A stretch of 64,000 nt of DNA, from positions 6,750 to 70,749 of the forward strand of contig JBBCGE010000003.1 in assembly GCA_037200545.1 (NCBI GenBank), given 5' to 3'. A program made the position numbers and the translations under genes. Within the stretch, counting starts at the first letter, position 1, and each line of letters begins with the position of its first letter. Below the pieces are notes generated by a model, which saw nothing but the letters and a program-made list of their open reading frames with translations, was not told the origin of the DNA and searched no databases. Below, piece after piece: positions 17,257 to 28,415 of the stretch. This stretch comes from Limisphaerales bacterium (lineage in GTDB: Bacteria > Verrucomicrobiota > Verrucomicrobiia > Limisphaerales > UBA11358).

Positions 17257-18171
17257 ATGAAAATGAAACGCATCCTGTTGGCGGGCGGCAGCGGCTTTAT
17301 CGGCCGGGCGCTGGCCAAGGCGCTGATCGTGCGCGGTTACGAAGTGATCATATTGACGCGCACTCCACGTCGGGGTACAGGTTTCCGCGAGGTGGAGTGG
17401 AGCGGCGCGCATATCGGCGAATGGATTCAGCATTTGAATGGAGCGGAAGCGGTGGTGAATCTTACCGGTCGAAATATCAACTGCCCGCACACGAAGGAAA
17501 ATCTTCAGGAAATTTTGGAATCTCGCGTGAATTCCGTCCGTGCCATCGCACAATCTTTTCCGCATGTCAAAAAAGCGCCACGCGTCTGGGTGCAGGCGGG
17601 AGCGGTGGGTTTTTATGGCGACACGGGCGACAGGCTATGCGAGGAGGTTTCGCCGGTCGGCGATGACACGCTGGCGGATATCTGCAAACAATGGGAGGAT
17701 GCTTTTAATTCTGCCGACACTCCCAAGACGCGCCATGTTTTGTTGCGGATCGGTTTTGTGTTGGGTAACGACGGCGGGGCCTTGCCGGTTTTAACCAAGT
17801 TGACCAAATGGTTTCTCGGTGGTGCCGCCGGCAAGGGCAAACAATACATCAGTTGGATTCATATAGCAGATCTGGTGCAGATGTTCATCGCCGCCATCGA
17901 GCGTGATGATTTGACCGGAACATACAATGCGGTCGGCGCCAGCCCGGTGACCAATGCAGAATTCATGAGCGAATTGCGCCATGCCCTCCGTCGTCCCTGG
18001 AGTCCGCCGGTGCCGAAATTTGCCATCCGCATCGGTGCCAAGAAAATGAAAAGCGAACCTTCGCTCGTGCTGGCCAGCCAATGCTGCGCCCCCATCCGTT
18101 TTCTGGAAGCGGGGTTTGAATATGAATTTCCCAAGCTGCGCCCCGCTTTGGAAAATCTTCGTCGCGGATAA
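17257..18171 (+). CDS. TIGR01777/YfcH-type NAD-dependent epimerase family protein (with DUF1731-like C-terminus)
   Basis: The N-terminus carries a Rossmann motif (LLAGGSGFIGRALAKAL). The C-terminus reads RFLEAGFEYEFPKLRPALENL. Confidence 0.85.
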   Translation: MKMKRILLAGGSGFIGRALAKALIVRGYEVIILTRTPRRGTGFREVEWSGAHIGEWIQHLNGAEAVVNLTGRNINCPHTKENLQEILESRVNSVRAIAQSFPHVKKAPRVWVQAGAVGFYGDTGDRLCEEVSPVGDDTLADICKQWEDAFNSADTPKTRHVLLRIGFVLGNDGGALPVLTKLTKWFLGGAAGKGKQYISWIHIADLVQMFIAAIERDDLTGTYNAVGASPVTNAEFMSELRHALRRPWSPPVPKFAIRIGAKKMKSEPSLVLASQCCAPIRFLEAGFEYEFPKLRPALENLRRG

Positions 18172-18386
18172 AGTTTTCACTTCCAACGCATGGGCACGCG
18201 CTGATCCGTTGCGAATTTTCAACACAATCCATCCTGCCGGTTCCATTAATTTGTCTGTCATCCGGATAATTTCAATTGTGAAGAAGTCACCATTGACAGA
18301 ACGTAGCGTCGTCGGTTACAAACGGCGCAAGGTTGTATCTGGGATTTTTTGATTCACAAGTTGTACGTCGGTGGCCGCTGAAACTT

Positions 18387-21300
18387 ATGAAAAAAATCGA
18401 GCCGGTGCATGTTCTCGGACGGATTTTCCTCTTCGCATTTGCCACTTCAAGTTTCCCACTCGAAACGGAAGTCGAGGCTGAAACCGAAACCGATCGCACC
18501 AATCTGGCCGTGATCGTCCGGCACGCTCCGAGCCTGAACGGCGGAACCATCCAAGGCTCGCTCCAGCAGCTTAACGGCGAGAATATGACGATCAACAGCG
18601 GCTTTACCATGACTGGCGATCTGCTTGTGCCCGGCGTGCCGACAGTTGTATCGAATGGAAGGCCCGTTTATTCAGGAACCATTTCCGGAACCGGTGCCGC
18701 GTCGCCCACGGGATACAGGGTTACTTTTAATGGCAATACTTCCCTGCGTTATTTGCGGACGCGGACCACCCCGGTTTCATTGCCCACTGTTTCAGTTCCA
18801 CCTTCGCCCGCCGGCACCCGCACAGTGAACATCAACAGTGCCGGGCAATCTTATGGCGATGCCAGTACATTGCGCAATCTGACTCTTAACGGGAACGTCG
18901 GCATGATCGCGGTGCCGCCTGGCACTTATGGAAGTTTTACGGCAAATGGCGGTTCAGGATTTGTGCTGGGGGTCGTGGGCGGACTTCAGGCAATGAATTA
19001 CAATTTACAAAATCTGAATTTGAACGGCGGTTCCACTTTAAAAATAACTGGTCCTGTGGTGTTGACCCTCGCCAATGGATTCAATGGCAATGGAGCGATG
19101 GGCGCGTCCAATAATCCGGCGTGGTTGCAGCTTCAACTGGCCAATGGAGGATTCACGCTCAATGGAGGCTGCGCGTTCTACGGGCAGGTGTTGGCGCCGA
19201 ATGGAACGGTGATCATAAATGGCAACTCGACGTTGATTGGCACTTTAATCACTGACCAGTTTATATTAAATGGCGGCGGCATGGTGCAGCGGGGCGGGGC
19301 GGTCACACAAACGAATCAACCGCCGGTGGCCGCTCCGCAAAATATCACGCTGCCGGAAAATAGTTTGACCAACATCACCCTGACGGGGTCTGATCAACAA
19401 GGGAGAACGCAGGTGTTTACACTTCTGACACCGCCGGCACACGGAACGTTGAGCGGCGCACCGCCGAATGTAACCTACAAACCGGCGACAAATTATTTCG
19501 GCAGCGACACGTTCACTTTCAAAGTAAATAATGGCATCTTGGATTCGCCACCGGCGACCATTTCACTGAATGTCACAAGAGTCTATTATCCGCCTACGGC
19601 CTTCTCGCAGACTGTCACAAATTATCAAAATACGGCCCTGCCCGTGACATTGACCGGTTCTGATCCGCAGGGATATTCCTTGAATTACTTTGTGATGACA
19701 CAGCCCGGTCATGGAACATTGAGCGGGCCGACGCCCAATCTAATTTACCGGCCCGCCACAAATTATTATGGCAACGATTCCTTTACCTTTCGGGTCAACA
19801 ATGGAATAACCAATTCACCTGCCACCGTCATCAACATCACCAACCAGCCGGTGGACTACCCGCCAATTGTCGTGGCCGGGCCGGATCAATTGATCATTTT
19901 GCCAATCAGCAGTGTCACGCTTAATGGCTCAGTTTATTTTTCTCCTTATCCCAGAACAACAAACACAATTGTTTGGAGCAAGGTGAGTGGTCCTGGTGCC
20001 GTCATTTTCAGCAATCCTTCAAACAGCCTGACATCGGCGACTTTCAGCCAGTCCGGCGTGTACAAGCTTCGCCTGTTTGCCACGGATTCATTTTTAAGCA
20101 ACAGCAACGATCTCACAGTTATTGTGGATGCACCGCCAGTAGTCAACGCAGGACAAGCCTTGACGAATAATTTTCCGGGCACGATCACCTTGACGGGATT
20201 CGCCAGTGACGACGGCTTGCTCACCAATGCACCATTGACCGCGATTTGGAATAAAATCAGCGGGCCGGGCACGGTCACGTTTGGAAACGCAGCAGCAACA
20301 AATAGCGCGGCTATTTTCAGCACTAACGGAATTTATATGCTGCGCCTCACAGTGGACGACGGCATTGCCACCAATCACTCTGATATAACTGTCATCGAAA
20401 ACTTGCCGCCACTCGTCAACGCCGGTTCCACTCAAACAGTGAATTTTGGCGCAACAGTCACCTTGGCCGGGATGATCGCTGACGACGAATTGCCGGATAG
20501 CATTCTTACCAGCGTCTGGAATAAAATTAGCGGGCCGGGCAATGCTGCGTTTGCCAATGCGACTGCAACCAACACCACGGTTATCTTCGATCAATCCGGC
20601 ATCTACGTTTTAAGTCTCACGGCCGATGATGGCTTCTCCACGAACAGCAGCAATGTGACTGTCATCATCAATCAGCCTCCAACCGTTTCTGTCATGGCAG
20701 ATGAATTAATGGTGCAATTGCCATCCACTGCCACTTTGAGCGGTATTGTTTCAGATGACGGTATTCCAAATGGGATATTGAATAATACTTGGAGTCAAGT
20801 CAGCGGACCCGTCACGGCCCTTTTCAGTAATGTCAGCGGGACGAACACGACCGCCAGCTTTAGTCAGCCTGGCATTTATATCTTAAGACTAACGGCAGAC
20901 GATACGATGGCAACTAGCAGCGGCGAAATCTCCGTGAATGTATTGCCAGTGTTAAACGCCAACCACGCGCCACAAGCCTTTGGGCAATCGTTGAACGTAA
21001 ATGAAGGCGAACCCTTGGCGATCACGCTCAATGGAATGGATCCCGACGGCGATGCTTTGACTTTCAACGTGATAATTCCACCCACTCACGGAACGTTGAG
21101 CGGGTCGGCATCAGACCTGATATATCTTCCGGAGACCGGCTATACCGGTGATGATGCATTTGTGTTTGTGGCCAATGATGGGAAAGCTGACTCAGGGCCG
21201 GCAATTGTTTACATTTTGATTAATCCGTTAAACTATGCTCCCATAATTTCTGTTCCAGCAGATCAAACGGTCACTGAAAATCCGATTCTCCAATTTGACA

Positions 21301-24300
21301 TTTATAAAGCCATCTCAGTTTTCGATGCGGACGCAGGCAGTGACTTGCTTCAACTTTCGCTTGCGGTTACGCATGGCACACTGATTTTAGGGACGACCAG
21401 CGGTTTGCTTTGGGTCACGGGAAGCAATGGTTCAAGCAACATTGTGGTGAAAGGTTCGTTGGACGATCTTAACAACTCGCTGGCTGGGCTTACCTACATC
21501 GGGGCTACAGGCTTCGTTGGTTCTGATAGCCTTGAAATAAGTGTTGATGATCTTGGCCATGCCGGGAGCGTTGGAAACCAGGTTGATTCAAAGTCCATAA
21601 CCATCATCATAAACCCAGCCGTTCACTTTTCAAAGTCGGCCACCGCAGGCACTAATTTTTGGGTCGCCCGGCTGCCGGGCCTAGGAACTACCCGGATGCG
21701 CTGGATCATGCTGCTGGCTGAACAGGATACAAGCGTAACCGTGATCGTGCCTGACCGATATACTCAATTCCACGACGATGGAACTTTTTCGACCGCGCCG
21801 GGAGGAACTTCTACAATAGAACTACAGGCAGGGGTGCCCTTCATGGGGGCATTGGAGCAGTTGAACAGGTTTTCGCCAGTCCTCACTTCTGGCACGATTA
21901 CAAATTCGGCTTTTAAAATATCTTCCACCGAACTCGTCTCCGTATTTGTCACCGACTTTTCGTTCAATGATTCCGACGCGTTTCGTGCTTTGCCGACAGA
22001 AGTGCTGGGCACCAATTACGTCATTACGGCATATGGCAACTTTCAATTGTTCCCCGGAAATGTGTTTGGCAGTCAGTTCTCGGTTACGGCTGCGGAGAAC
22101 GAAACCGAGGTTGTGATTGTGCCCGCTGTTTCCACAGGCGATCATCCCGCAGGCCAGCCTTTTACCGTGACGTTGCAACAAGGGCAAACCTTCGGCCTTC
22201 GTCACACCGAGACGGCCACGGGCGACCTCACAGGATCTACGTTGACGGCCAGCAAGCCCGTTGCCGTGCTCGCAGGCAACGCCTTTGCGACCATACCGCC
22301 GGGCGAAGGTTCAGCTTCCGATATTTCCGAACAACTGATGCCGGTGGAGCATTGGGATTCCGAGTATGTGGTCACACACCTCGCTGGTCGCGCCAGTTAT
22401 GCCATGCGTGTAGTGGCCGCTTATGATGGAACAGCCGTTCAGCTTTCCGGTCTTGGCGAAACCAATTTGAATCGCGGTCAATTTTGTGAATTGCTTCTGA
22501 CGAACGATCTTCATGTGATTGTCAGCCAGCCGGTGGCCGTCTGCCAATATGCACTTGGTGATCCATCTGACAGTTTGCCGGGAACTCCCACCATGATCTG
22601 TGTGCCGGGCGTGCATCAAGGTTTGACCGACTCACAATGGATGACCTCGGAAGCAGTTCAGACCGTCAATTTTGGCGGCAGATTCTCTGCTGTTCCTCTT
22701 TATACGAACTTTGTCAATCTCGTGGTGCCCGGCGGCGCATTTGCCAGCCTGAGGATCAATGGCGACCCTTTGCCGTCCGATGCTTCTTGGAACATCGTCG
22801 GTAACGGCGAGTTCATTGATGTTTGTTTACCGGTCACCAATGGTGTTTACCACATTCATTGTTCGGAACCGGTTGTGACGATCAACTATGGTGTGTTCGA
22901 GAATGTGGCCGGTTATGGACTGGGTTCTTATGGACTGGCCGGACCATTTTCGCTTCCTGTGTTCCCATTGAATGTTCAAGTCGCAGTGGCATCACCTACC
23001 AATGGAAGCGTGGTCATCGCTGGTGTAGAAACATCCGTCGTAGCTAACATCTCCGATCCGCAAAATCTGGTGACCAATGTGGAATTTCGTGTCGACGGCA
23101 ATAAAATTTCTGAAGGCGCAACCACTAACTTTACGTGGACTCCCGTGCAGGCCGGTAATTATGCGCTTCAATTCGTTGCGTCCGCCTTGACTGGCGATAG
23201 CGTCACTTCCTCACCGGTGAATGTGACTGTCAGTTATGATTTCACATCCCAGGGCGTGTTGATTGTCAGCCCGTATGATGGCGAATCCGCCTATGTCAAC
23301 GGCCTGACGCTCATTGCCCTTGATTTTGATGATCCGCTCGGCCTGTTTGATTACGCGGAGTTCTTTGCCAATAATGTAAGTCTAGGGGAGACAACTAATA
23401 CGGTCTTTAACTGGGTTCCATCGAGCACTAATGACTATGTGCTGTCAGCCATCATTTATGATTTTCTCGGCAATGCTTACCCTGCAACCAACACCGTCAT
23501 GGTCCATGCGATCCTGCCGCCGCGTCCGCAGCTGGCTATCACCTCTCCCACCGATGGCAGCCGGGTGCGGGTCGGCGTTGAATCAGTTATCATCGCCAGC
23601 CTGTTTGACCCGGGAAATCTGACGACCAACGTGCAATTCTTTGCGGATAGTGTAAAAGTTTCTGATAACTCCACCTACTACTCGTGGACGCCGGCCCAAA
23701 TTGGCGGTCATGCATTGCAGGCCATTGCTTTGACTTCCGATGGGGAAAACGTCTCTTCTGCAATCGTCAACGTCACCGTCGCCGAGATGTTTCCGCCGGT
23801 GGTCAATCTGCTGTCACCGACCAACAACCAATTGTTCGCCTCCGGCATTGCTCCATTGTTGAGTGCGCAGGCAGTTGATTCAGATGGCTTGATCACCAAT
23901 CTGACACTGACGCTGGACAACACAACGGTGGCGGAAACGAATCTCGCCTTTTTGTCAGTGACCGCCACGAACGCCAGGCCAGGTTGGCATCAAGCAGTTG
24001 CGGAAGCCGCCGACAATGACGGTCTGACCGCCTCGTCGGAGATCGTTTCTTTCTTCGTTGAGCGGAGCGTGAACACCGCGTTACCGGTACCCGGCCAGTT
24101 TGCAGCCCGTGCACTTTCCGCCACGGAAATTGAATTGTCATGGTCACCAGTCGGCACCAACGGACTCCCCCAAAACATACTTGTCCAACGCTGGGATTTT
24201 ACCGGTTTGCAATGGATTGAAATCACTCAAGTTCCAGTTGTCAGTACGAACTGCCTCGATTCGGCCCTCGATCCCGAAACGTATTATCGCTATCGCATTG

Positions 24301-27300
24301 CATGCATTGATGGCAATGGCAACCGGTCCGCCTTCACGGCGGAAACCAACGCCACGACACGCACGGTGGTCCCGAACTACGCGGTCATAGATTTGTCCAC
24401 CGCCGTCGCCAGTTCACTCACCAACCTCGTTCCGGGCGGCAGCCTTCTCACCAACGCCGGCCTCACGCAATTTGACAGTCGTCGAACTGTGCCACTTGGA
24501 ACGCTCCACGCGGAATCTATTCTCGGCAGCAAAGCAGCCGTTCTTCGCCAGGCAGTTGCCCGCTTCACAGAACAATGGCCGCAGATTCAACTGGATTACG
24601 ATCCGATATTGCTGTCGCCTCATTCCATCATGCCGCGCGTCGGCTATCTCACCGGTCCGGGCGGAGCGGGCATGACCGTGTCCGCTGCCACGGCACAAAT
24701 GTTTGATCCAGCGGATACAAGCCAGCCGGTTAAAGCATTTCTTAAGGAGCACCAAGATTTGTTTGGATTCGGCCCGGAAGAAATCACCAACGCCGTTGTG
24801 AACCGGGATTATATTTCGGCATTAAACGGAGCGCGGACAACCGTGTGGCAACAACAAGTCGGCGGTATTCCAGTATTTAACGCGCTTTTTATCGGCCACA
24901 TGACCAGTGTCGGTGAACTGGCCGCAGTGGCCTGTGATTTCATCCCAGCCCCGGCGCAGTCAGCCAATTCCAATGTTCTGACAGCGGTGCAGAACAGTTA
25001 CAGTTTGCCACTGACGGGCGCGCAGGCATTACAGGCTGCCGTGAATAACGTCGGCGACGTTTTTGCGCCGGCTGACATCATTAGTCAGAGTGTGATTCAG
25101 GGAATAGCACGCAGTCAAAGTTATGTCGCCGCAAAAGGAATCAAGGGTGCTGCCCATGCAGGCTTGACGTGGTTTCCCGCCAGCCGCAACGAATTAAAAC
25201 TCGCCTGGCAGGTCACCTTCACCAGCCAGTGGCGGAATGAAATGTATCTCGCATTGGTTTCCGCCGAAGACGGCGAAATTCTTTATCGCCGGAATCTCAC
25301 CGCTGACAGTTCAGATGCCAGCTATCGTGTTTATACTGATTCCAGTCCCGCACCGATGTCGCCGGGCTGGTCCATGCCGGGCAACGTCCAGCCACCCTTG
25401 GTTGATCGTTCCTTGGTGACAATCACTGCATTGGACACCAATGCCTCGCCTATTGGCTGGATCAATGACGACGACAACCAAACACTCGGCAACAACGTAG
25501 ATGCGCGTCTGGATCGTAACGACGATAATTTGCCTGATCTGCCACGTCCCGTCGGCAATCCATCGCGCGTTTTTGACTTCGGATTGGATCTTGGATTAAA
25601 TCCAGTCACCTATGGCGATGCGTCGGTCGTGCAATTATTTTATTGGGATAATTGGATGCACGACGTGTTATATGGGTTGGGTTTCACAGAAGCCGCCGGT
25701 AATTTTCAGTCGGATAATTTTGGCCGTGGCGGGCAGGGCGGGGACTCCTTGCAAGCTGATGCCCAAGACGGCTTGAGCCTTACCGACAGGCGTTACCGTA
25801 ATAATGGCAACATGTCCACACCGCCCGATGGTCACACGCCGTTGATGCAGATATATGTGTTCGATGGCGCGAACCCCGCCCGCGACGGCAGTCTTGATGC
25901 GGAAATAATCCTTCACGAATATACGCATGGCTTGAGCGCACGTTTCATCGGCGGTGGTGCGGGCATTGACGCGCAGCAAACCATGGGCATGAGTGAAGGC
26001 TGGTCGGATTTTTTTGCACTGGCATTGTTAAACGATCCATCAGCGGATCCTGACGCCGCCTATCCAGTCGGCAGTTACGTTGCCTACCATGGCTTTGGCA
26101 CCATGTTCGATGAGAATTATTATTATGGCATCCGGCATTATCCTTATTGCACGGACACGAACAAAAATCCCCTGACGTTCGCAGATATTGATCCCGGCCA
26201 AGCCAGCGCTCATGCCGGAGTGCCATGCAGTCCGTTGACCGGCCCCCTCAATCCCGCGTTGGCCGACGAACCGCATGTGGAAGGTGAGATATGGTGCATA
26301 ATGCTCTGGGAGATGCGGGCCGCGTTGATCCACAAACTGGGAGCGGAAGCAGGCAACCGGCTGGCGCTGCAACTGGTGACAGATGGCATGCGTCTCTCGC
26401 CGCCTAATCCAAATTTTGTGCAGGCGCGCAATGCGATTTTACTGGCGGACCGGATATTGTCCAACGATGCAGAAGCGCCGGAGATTTGGGCAGCCTTCTC
26501 GAAACGCGGCTTGGGATACGATGCCAAGGCACCATACAGTTACACTACGGCCGGCGTGCAGGAATCGTTCTCGTCCGCGCCTGCGCTGGTTGTGGAGCAG
26601 ATTGTCATTCAAAGCGACGACGGAAGTGCGAATATTGGCACGAATACGGATTTTAGCCTGTTCATGGCTGTTTATAACCAAGGTACAGCCACGGCCCAGC
26701 AAGTCGCCGCCCAAATTACGACCACAACACCGGGCGTTCAAATTCTGCAATCGCAATCTGCATACGGTGACATTCCACAAAATCAGTCGCGCGGCAATTC
26801 GGTTTTGCTACAAGTCCATACATTGCCCGGATTTGTGGCGGGCACACTGATCGATTTGAATTTTACAATTAATTCTGTTCCGCACTCGGTCACAAGCAGA
26901 CATCGTCTTTACACAATTAATTTAGACCCGGTTCTGCCAAATAATGACAATTCTTCTGCGGAGCCAACTTCTGACTCCGCTGTCCCGAAGGATTTGACGC
27001 CATACGATCTCGGCAATCTGGAACCGTTGTGGATGGCAGATGATGCAAGCTGTTTACTGAAGGCGGGACTAGGCAAATATATATTGTGGCGGCCCGGCGT
27101 AGAATCAATACCGATGATTAACCCGAATTTTCTGGCGCATCGATTGACGCGGCATGGGATTGTCGTTGGTGAATTGGTAGTAAGCGTGGATCACGACATC
27201 TTCGGCGATATGTTCACCAACACAGTCGGTGCCAAGTGGATTCCCGGCCAAACGGTGCCAACGCCGCTAACCGCCGGTTTTTATGCATATCCCAAAGATT

Positions 27301-28415
27301 CGTTAGTTGGACAGAATGTGGGGCTGGCATACGATTTGATTAATCTTACGGCGGGCTTGCCAACTTATTTAGGCGGTGTGGCCAGATACCCTGAATTTCA
27401 CTCGGTGTGGGATATGAATGACAATGGTCAATCGGCCGGAGCCGCCTCGGTGTATTTACGCCCGTCAGATCTGGATGAAGATGGGTTTATCGGCACCAAT
27501 GACGTGCGCTTTGGTACATTGCAGCAGAGTGAATTCGATGCCCAAGGCCGGATAGATTGGATGCAATCAGATGAGCGCACGCTGTCTGCAGGCCATTCTG
27601 GGTCGGCGATCAGACGGGTCGATTACAATGCGCTATTGACTACGGCGACACGTTTCGAGACTGATGCGACTTGGAATTGGGTAGGCCCGATTAATTTCAG
27701 TGGTGGTTCGGTCTTTTCAGTAGGGCTGCTCATCAATGACCAAGGTGATGTTGCTGGCACGGGAGCGACCCGCACGGGCAATGCTCTTTTTGATGCCTCT
27801 AGTCCGACCCGCGTATTTAGATGGAATTCCAGTGACGGTGAATTTTCTTTAGGCGGACCTCATGTACATGAACTGGAACCTTTGCCCGGCGGACAACATG
27901 CATTTCCGCTGGCGATGAATCAGGCGGGTGATATCGTGGGCTATTCAGACCAGAATATCTATGATTTGAATCAAAACAAGATTCACGCCACCTATTGGAG
28001 CGCGGCGACCACCAGCATCCAAGACTTGGGAACTCTTGGAATGACACCAGGCAACAGTCAGGCTTTTGCCATTGATGACAGCCAGCAAATTGTGGGAGTT
28101 TCACAAAAAGCTGACGGCAACCCTGCAGCTGTACTTTGGCGATTCAATCACAACACCAACAGTCCTGCCGGAAATGGCTTTTGGGAGAGCACGGATCTTA
28201 ATGGTCGTTCATCCGAGAATAGTTGGGATCTGCTTAATGCAGTGGGCATTAATACTGACGGCCTGATTTTGGCATACGCTAAAAATACAGCGGGCGAAAA
28301 CCACGCGGTGCTGCTGGCAACTCCACAATTGGCAGTGGATAATGATCGTGATGGACGATTACATTTGACGATCCAGACAAAACGCCAGCCAACAAGCCTT
28401 ATCGTTTTTGGCTAA
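18387..28415 (+). CDS. giant secreted multidomain protein with M36 (fungalysin) metallopeptidase domain; main reading frame
   Basis: The ATG at 18387 starts a signal-like MKKIEPVHVLGRIFLFAFATSS. Domains in order are: an Asn/Gly-rich beta-helix-like region; cadherin-like/VCBS ~95-aa repeats (..GSD.QG......P.HGTLSG....Y.P...Y.G.D.F.F.V.NG); at least 5 PKD-like repeats (W.K.SGPG..); an IgGFc-binding-like region (DLTGSTLTASKPVAVLAGN); Ig-like repeats; and FN3 (LSATEIELSWSP). These are followed by an FTP propeptide and the M36 catalytic core (HEYTH 25914-25928, EGWSD 25995-26009), then HAF-type repeats at about 27400-28330. Confidence 0.9.
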   Translation: MKKIEPVHVLGRIFLFAFATSSFPLETEVEAETETDRTNLAVIVRHAPSLNGGTIQGSLQQLNGENMTINSGFTMTGDLLVPGVPTVVSNGRPVYSGTISGTGAASPTGYRVTFNGNTSLRYLRTRTTPVSLPTVSVPPSPAGTRTVNINSAGQSYGDASTLRNLTLNGNVGMIAVPPGTYGSFTANGGSGFVLGVVGGLQAMNYNLQNLNLNGGSTLKITGPVVLTLANGFNGNGAMGASNNPAWLQLQLANGGFTLNGGCAFYGQVLAPNGTVIINGNSTLIGTLITDQFILNGGGMVQRGGAVTQTNQPPVAAPQNITLPENSLTNITLTGSDQQGRTQVFTLLTPPAHGTLSGAPPNVTYKPATNYFGSDTFTFKVNNGILDSPPATISLNVTRVYYPPTAFSQTVTNYQNTALPVTLTGSDPQGYSLNYFVMTQPGHGTLSGPTPNLIYRPATNYYGNDSFTFRVNNGITNSPATVINITNQPVDYPPIVVAGPDQLIILPISSVTLNGSVYFSPYPRTTNTIVWSKVSGPGAVIFSNPSNSLTSATFSQSGVYKLRLFATDSFLSNSNDLTVIVDAPPVVNAGQALTNNFPGTITLTGFASDDGLLTNAPLTAIWNKISGPGTVTFGNAAATNSAAIFSTNGIYMLRLTVDDGIATNHSDITVIENLPPLVNAGSTQTVNFGATVTLAGMIADDELPDSILTSVWNKISGPGNAAFANATATNTTVIFDQSGIYVLSLTADDGFSTNSSNVTVIINQPPTVSVMADELMVQLPSTATLSGIVSDDGIPNGILNNTWSQVSGPVTALFSNVSGTNTTASFSQPGIYILRLTADDTMATSSGEISVNVLPVLNANHAPQAFGQSLNVNEGEPLAITLNGMDPDGDALTFNVIIPPTHGTLSGSASDLIYLPETGYTGDDAFVFVANDGKADSGPAIVYILINPLNYAPIISVPADQTVTENPILQFDIYKAISVFDADAGSDLLQLSLAVTHGTLILGTTSGLLWVTGSNGSSNIVVKGSLDDLNNSLAGLTYIGATGFVGSDSLEISVDDLGHAGSVGNQVDSKSITIIINPAVHFSKSATAGTNFWVARLPGLGTTRMRWIMLLAEQDTSVTVIVPDRYTQFHDDGTFSTAPGGTSTIELQAGVPFMGALEQLNRFSPVLTSGTITNSAFKISSTELVSVFVTDFSFNDSDAFRALPTEVLGTNYVITAYGNFQLFPGNVFGSQFSVTAAENETEVVIVPAVSTGDHPAGQPFTVTLQQGQTFGLRHTETATGDLTGSTLTASKPVAVLAGNAFATIPPGEGSASDISEQLMPVEHWDSEYVVTHLAGRASYAMRVVAAYDGTAVQLSGLGETNLNRGQFCELLLTNDLHVIVSQPVAVCQYALGDPSDSLPGTPTMICVPGVHQGLTDSQWMTSEAVQTVNFGGRFSAVPLYTNFVNLVVPGGAFASLRINGDPLPSDASWNIVGNGEFIDVCLPVTNGVYHIHCSEPVVTINYGVFENVAGYGLGSYGLAGPFSLPVFPLNVQVAVASPTNGSVVIAGVETSVVANISDPQNLVTNVEFRVDGNKISEGATTNFTWTPVQAGNYALQFVASALTGDSVTSSPVNVTVSYDFTSQGVLIVSPYDGESAYVNGLTLIALDFDDPLGLFDYAEFFANNVSLGETTNTVFNWVPSSTNDYVLSAIIYDFLGNAYPATNTVMVHAILPPRPQLAITSPTDGSRVRVGVESVIIASLFDPGNLTTNVQFFADSVKVSDNSTYYSWTPAQIGGHALQAIALTSDGENVSSAIVNVTVAEMFPPVVNLLSPTNNQLFASGIAPLLSAQAVDSDGLITNLTLTLDNTTVAETNLAFLSVTATNARPGWHQAVAEAADNDGLTASSEIVSFFVERSVNTALPVPGQFAARALSATEIELSWSPVGTNGLPQNILVQRWDFTGLQWIEITQVPVVSTNCLDSALDPETYYRYRIACIDGNGNRSAFTAETNATTRTVVPNYAVIDLSTAVASSLTNLVPGGSLLTNAGLTQFDSRRTVPLGTLHAESILGSKAAVLRQAVARFTEQWPQIQLDYDPILLSPHSIMPRVGYLTGPGGAGMTVSAATAQMFDPADTSQPVKAFLKEHQDLFGFGPEEITNAVVNRDYISALNGARTTVWQQQVGGIPVFNALFIGHMTSVGELAAVACDFIPAPAQSANSNVLTAVQNSYSLPLTGAQALQAAVNNVGDVFAPADIISQSVIQGIARSQSYVAAKGIKGAAHAGLTWFPASRNELKLAWQVTFTSQWRNEMYLALVSAEDGEILYRRNLTADSSDASYRVYTDSSPAPMSPGWSMPGNVQPPLVDRSLVTITALDTNASPIGWINDDDNQTLGNNVDARLDRNDDNLPDLPRPVGNPSRVFDFGLDLGLNPVTYGDASVVQLFYWDNWMHDVLYGLGFTEAAGNFQSDNFGRGGQGGDSLQADAQDGLSLTDRRYRNNGNMSTPPDGHTPLMQIYVFDGANPARDGSLDAEIILHEYTHGLSARFIGGGAGIDAQQTMGMSEGWSDFFALALLNDPSADPDAAYPVGSYVAYHGFGTMFDENYYYGIRHYPYCTDTNKNPLTFADIDPGQASAHAGVPCSPLTGPLNPALADEPHVEGEIWCIMLWEMRAALIHKLGAEAGNRLALQLVTDGMRLSPPNPNFVQARNAILLADRILSNDAEAPEIWAAFSKRGLGYDAKAPYSYTTAGVQESFSSAPALVVEQIVIQSDDGSANIGTNTDFSLFMAVYNQGTATAQQVAAQITTTTPGVQILQSQSAYGDIPQNQSRGNSVLLQVHTLPGFVAGTLIDLNFTINSVPHSVTSRHRLYTINLDPVLPNNDNSSAEPTSDSAVPKDLTPYDLGNLEPLWMADDASCLLKAGLGKYILWRPGVESIPMINPNFLAHRLTRHGIVVGELVVSVDHDIFGDMFTNTVGAKWIPGQTVPTPLTAGFYAYPKDSLVGQNVGLAYDLINLTAGLPTYLGGVARYPEFHSVWDMNDNGQSAGAASVYLRPSDLDEDGFIGTNDVRFGTLQQSEFDAQGRIDWMQSDERTLSAGHSGSAIRRVDYNALLTTATRFETDATWNWVGPINFSGGSVFSVGLLINDQGDVAGTGATRTGNALFDASSPTRVFRWNSSDGEFSLGGPHVHELEPLPGGQHAFPLAMNQAGDIVGYSDQNIYDLNQNKIHATYWSAATTSIQDLGTLGMTPGNSQAFAIDDSQQIVGVSQKADGNPAAVLWRFNHNTNSPAGNGFWESTDLNGRSSENSWDLLNAVGINTDGLILAYAKNTAGENHAVLLATPQLAVDNDRDGRLHLTIQTKRQPTSLIVFG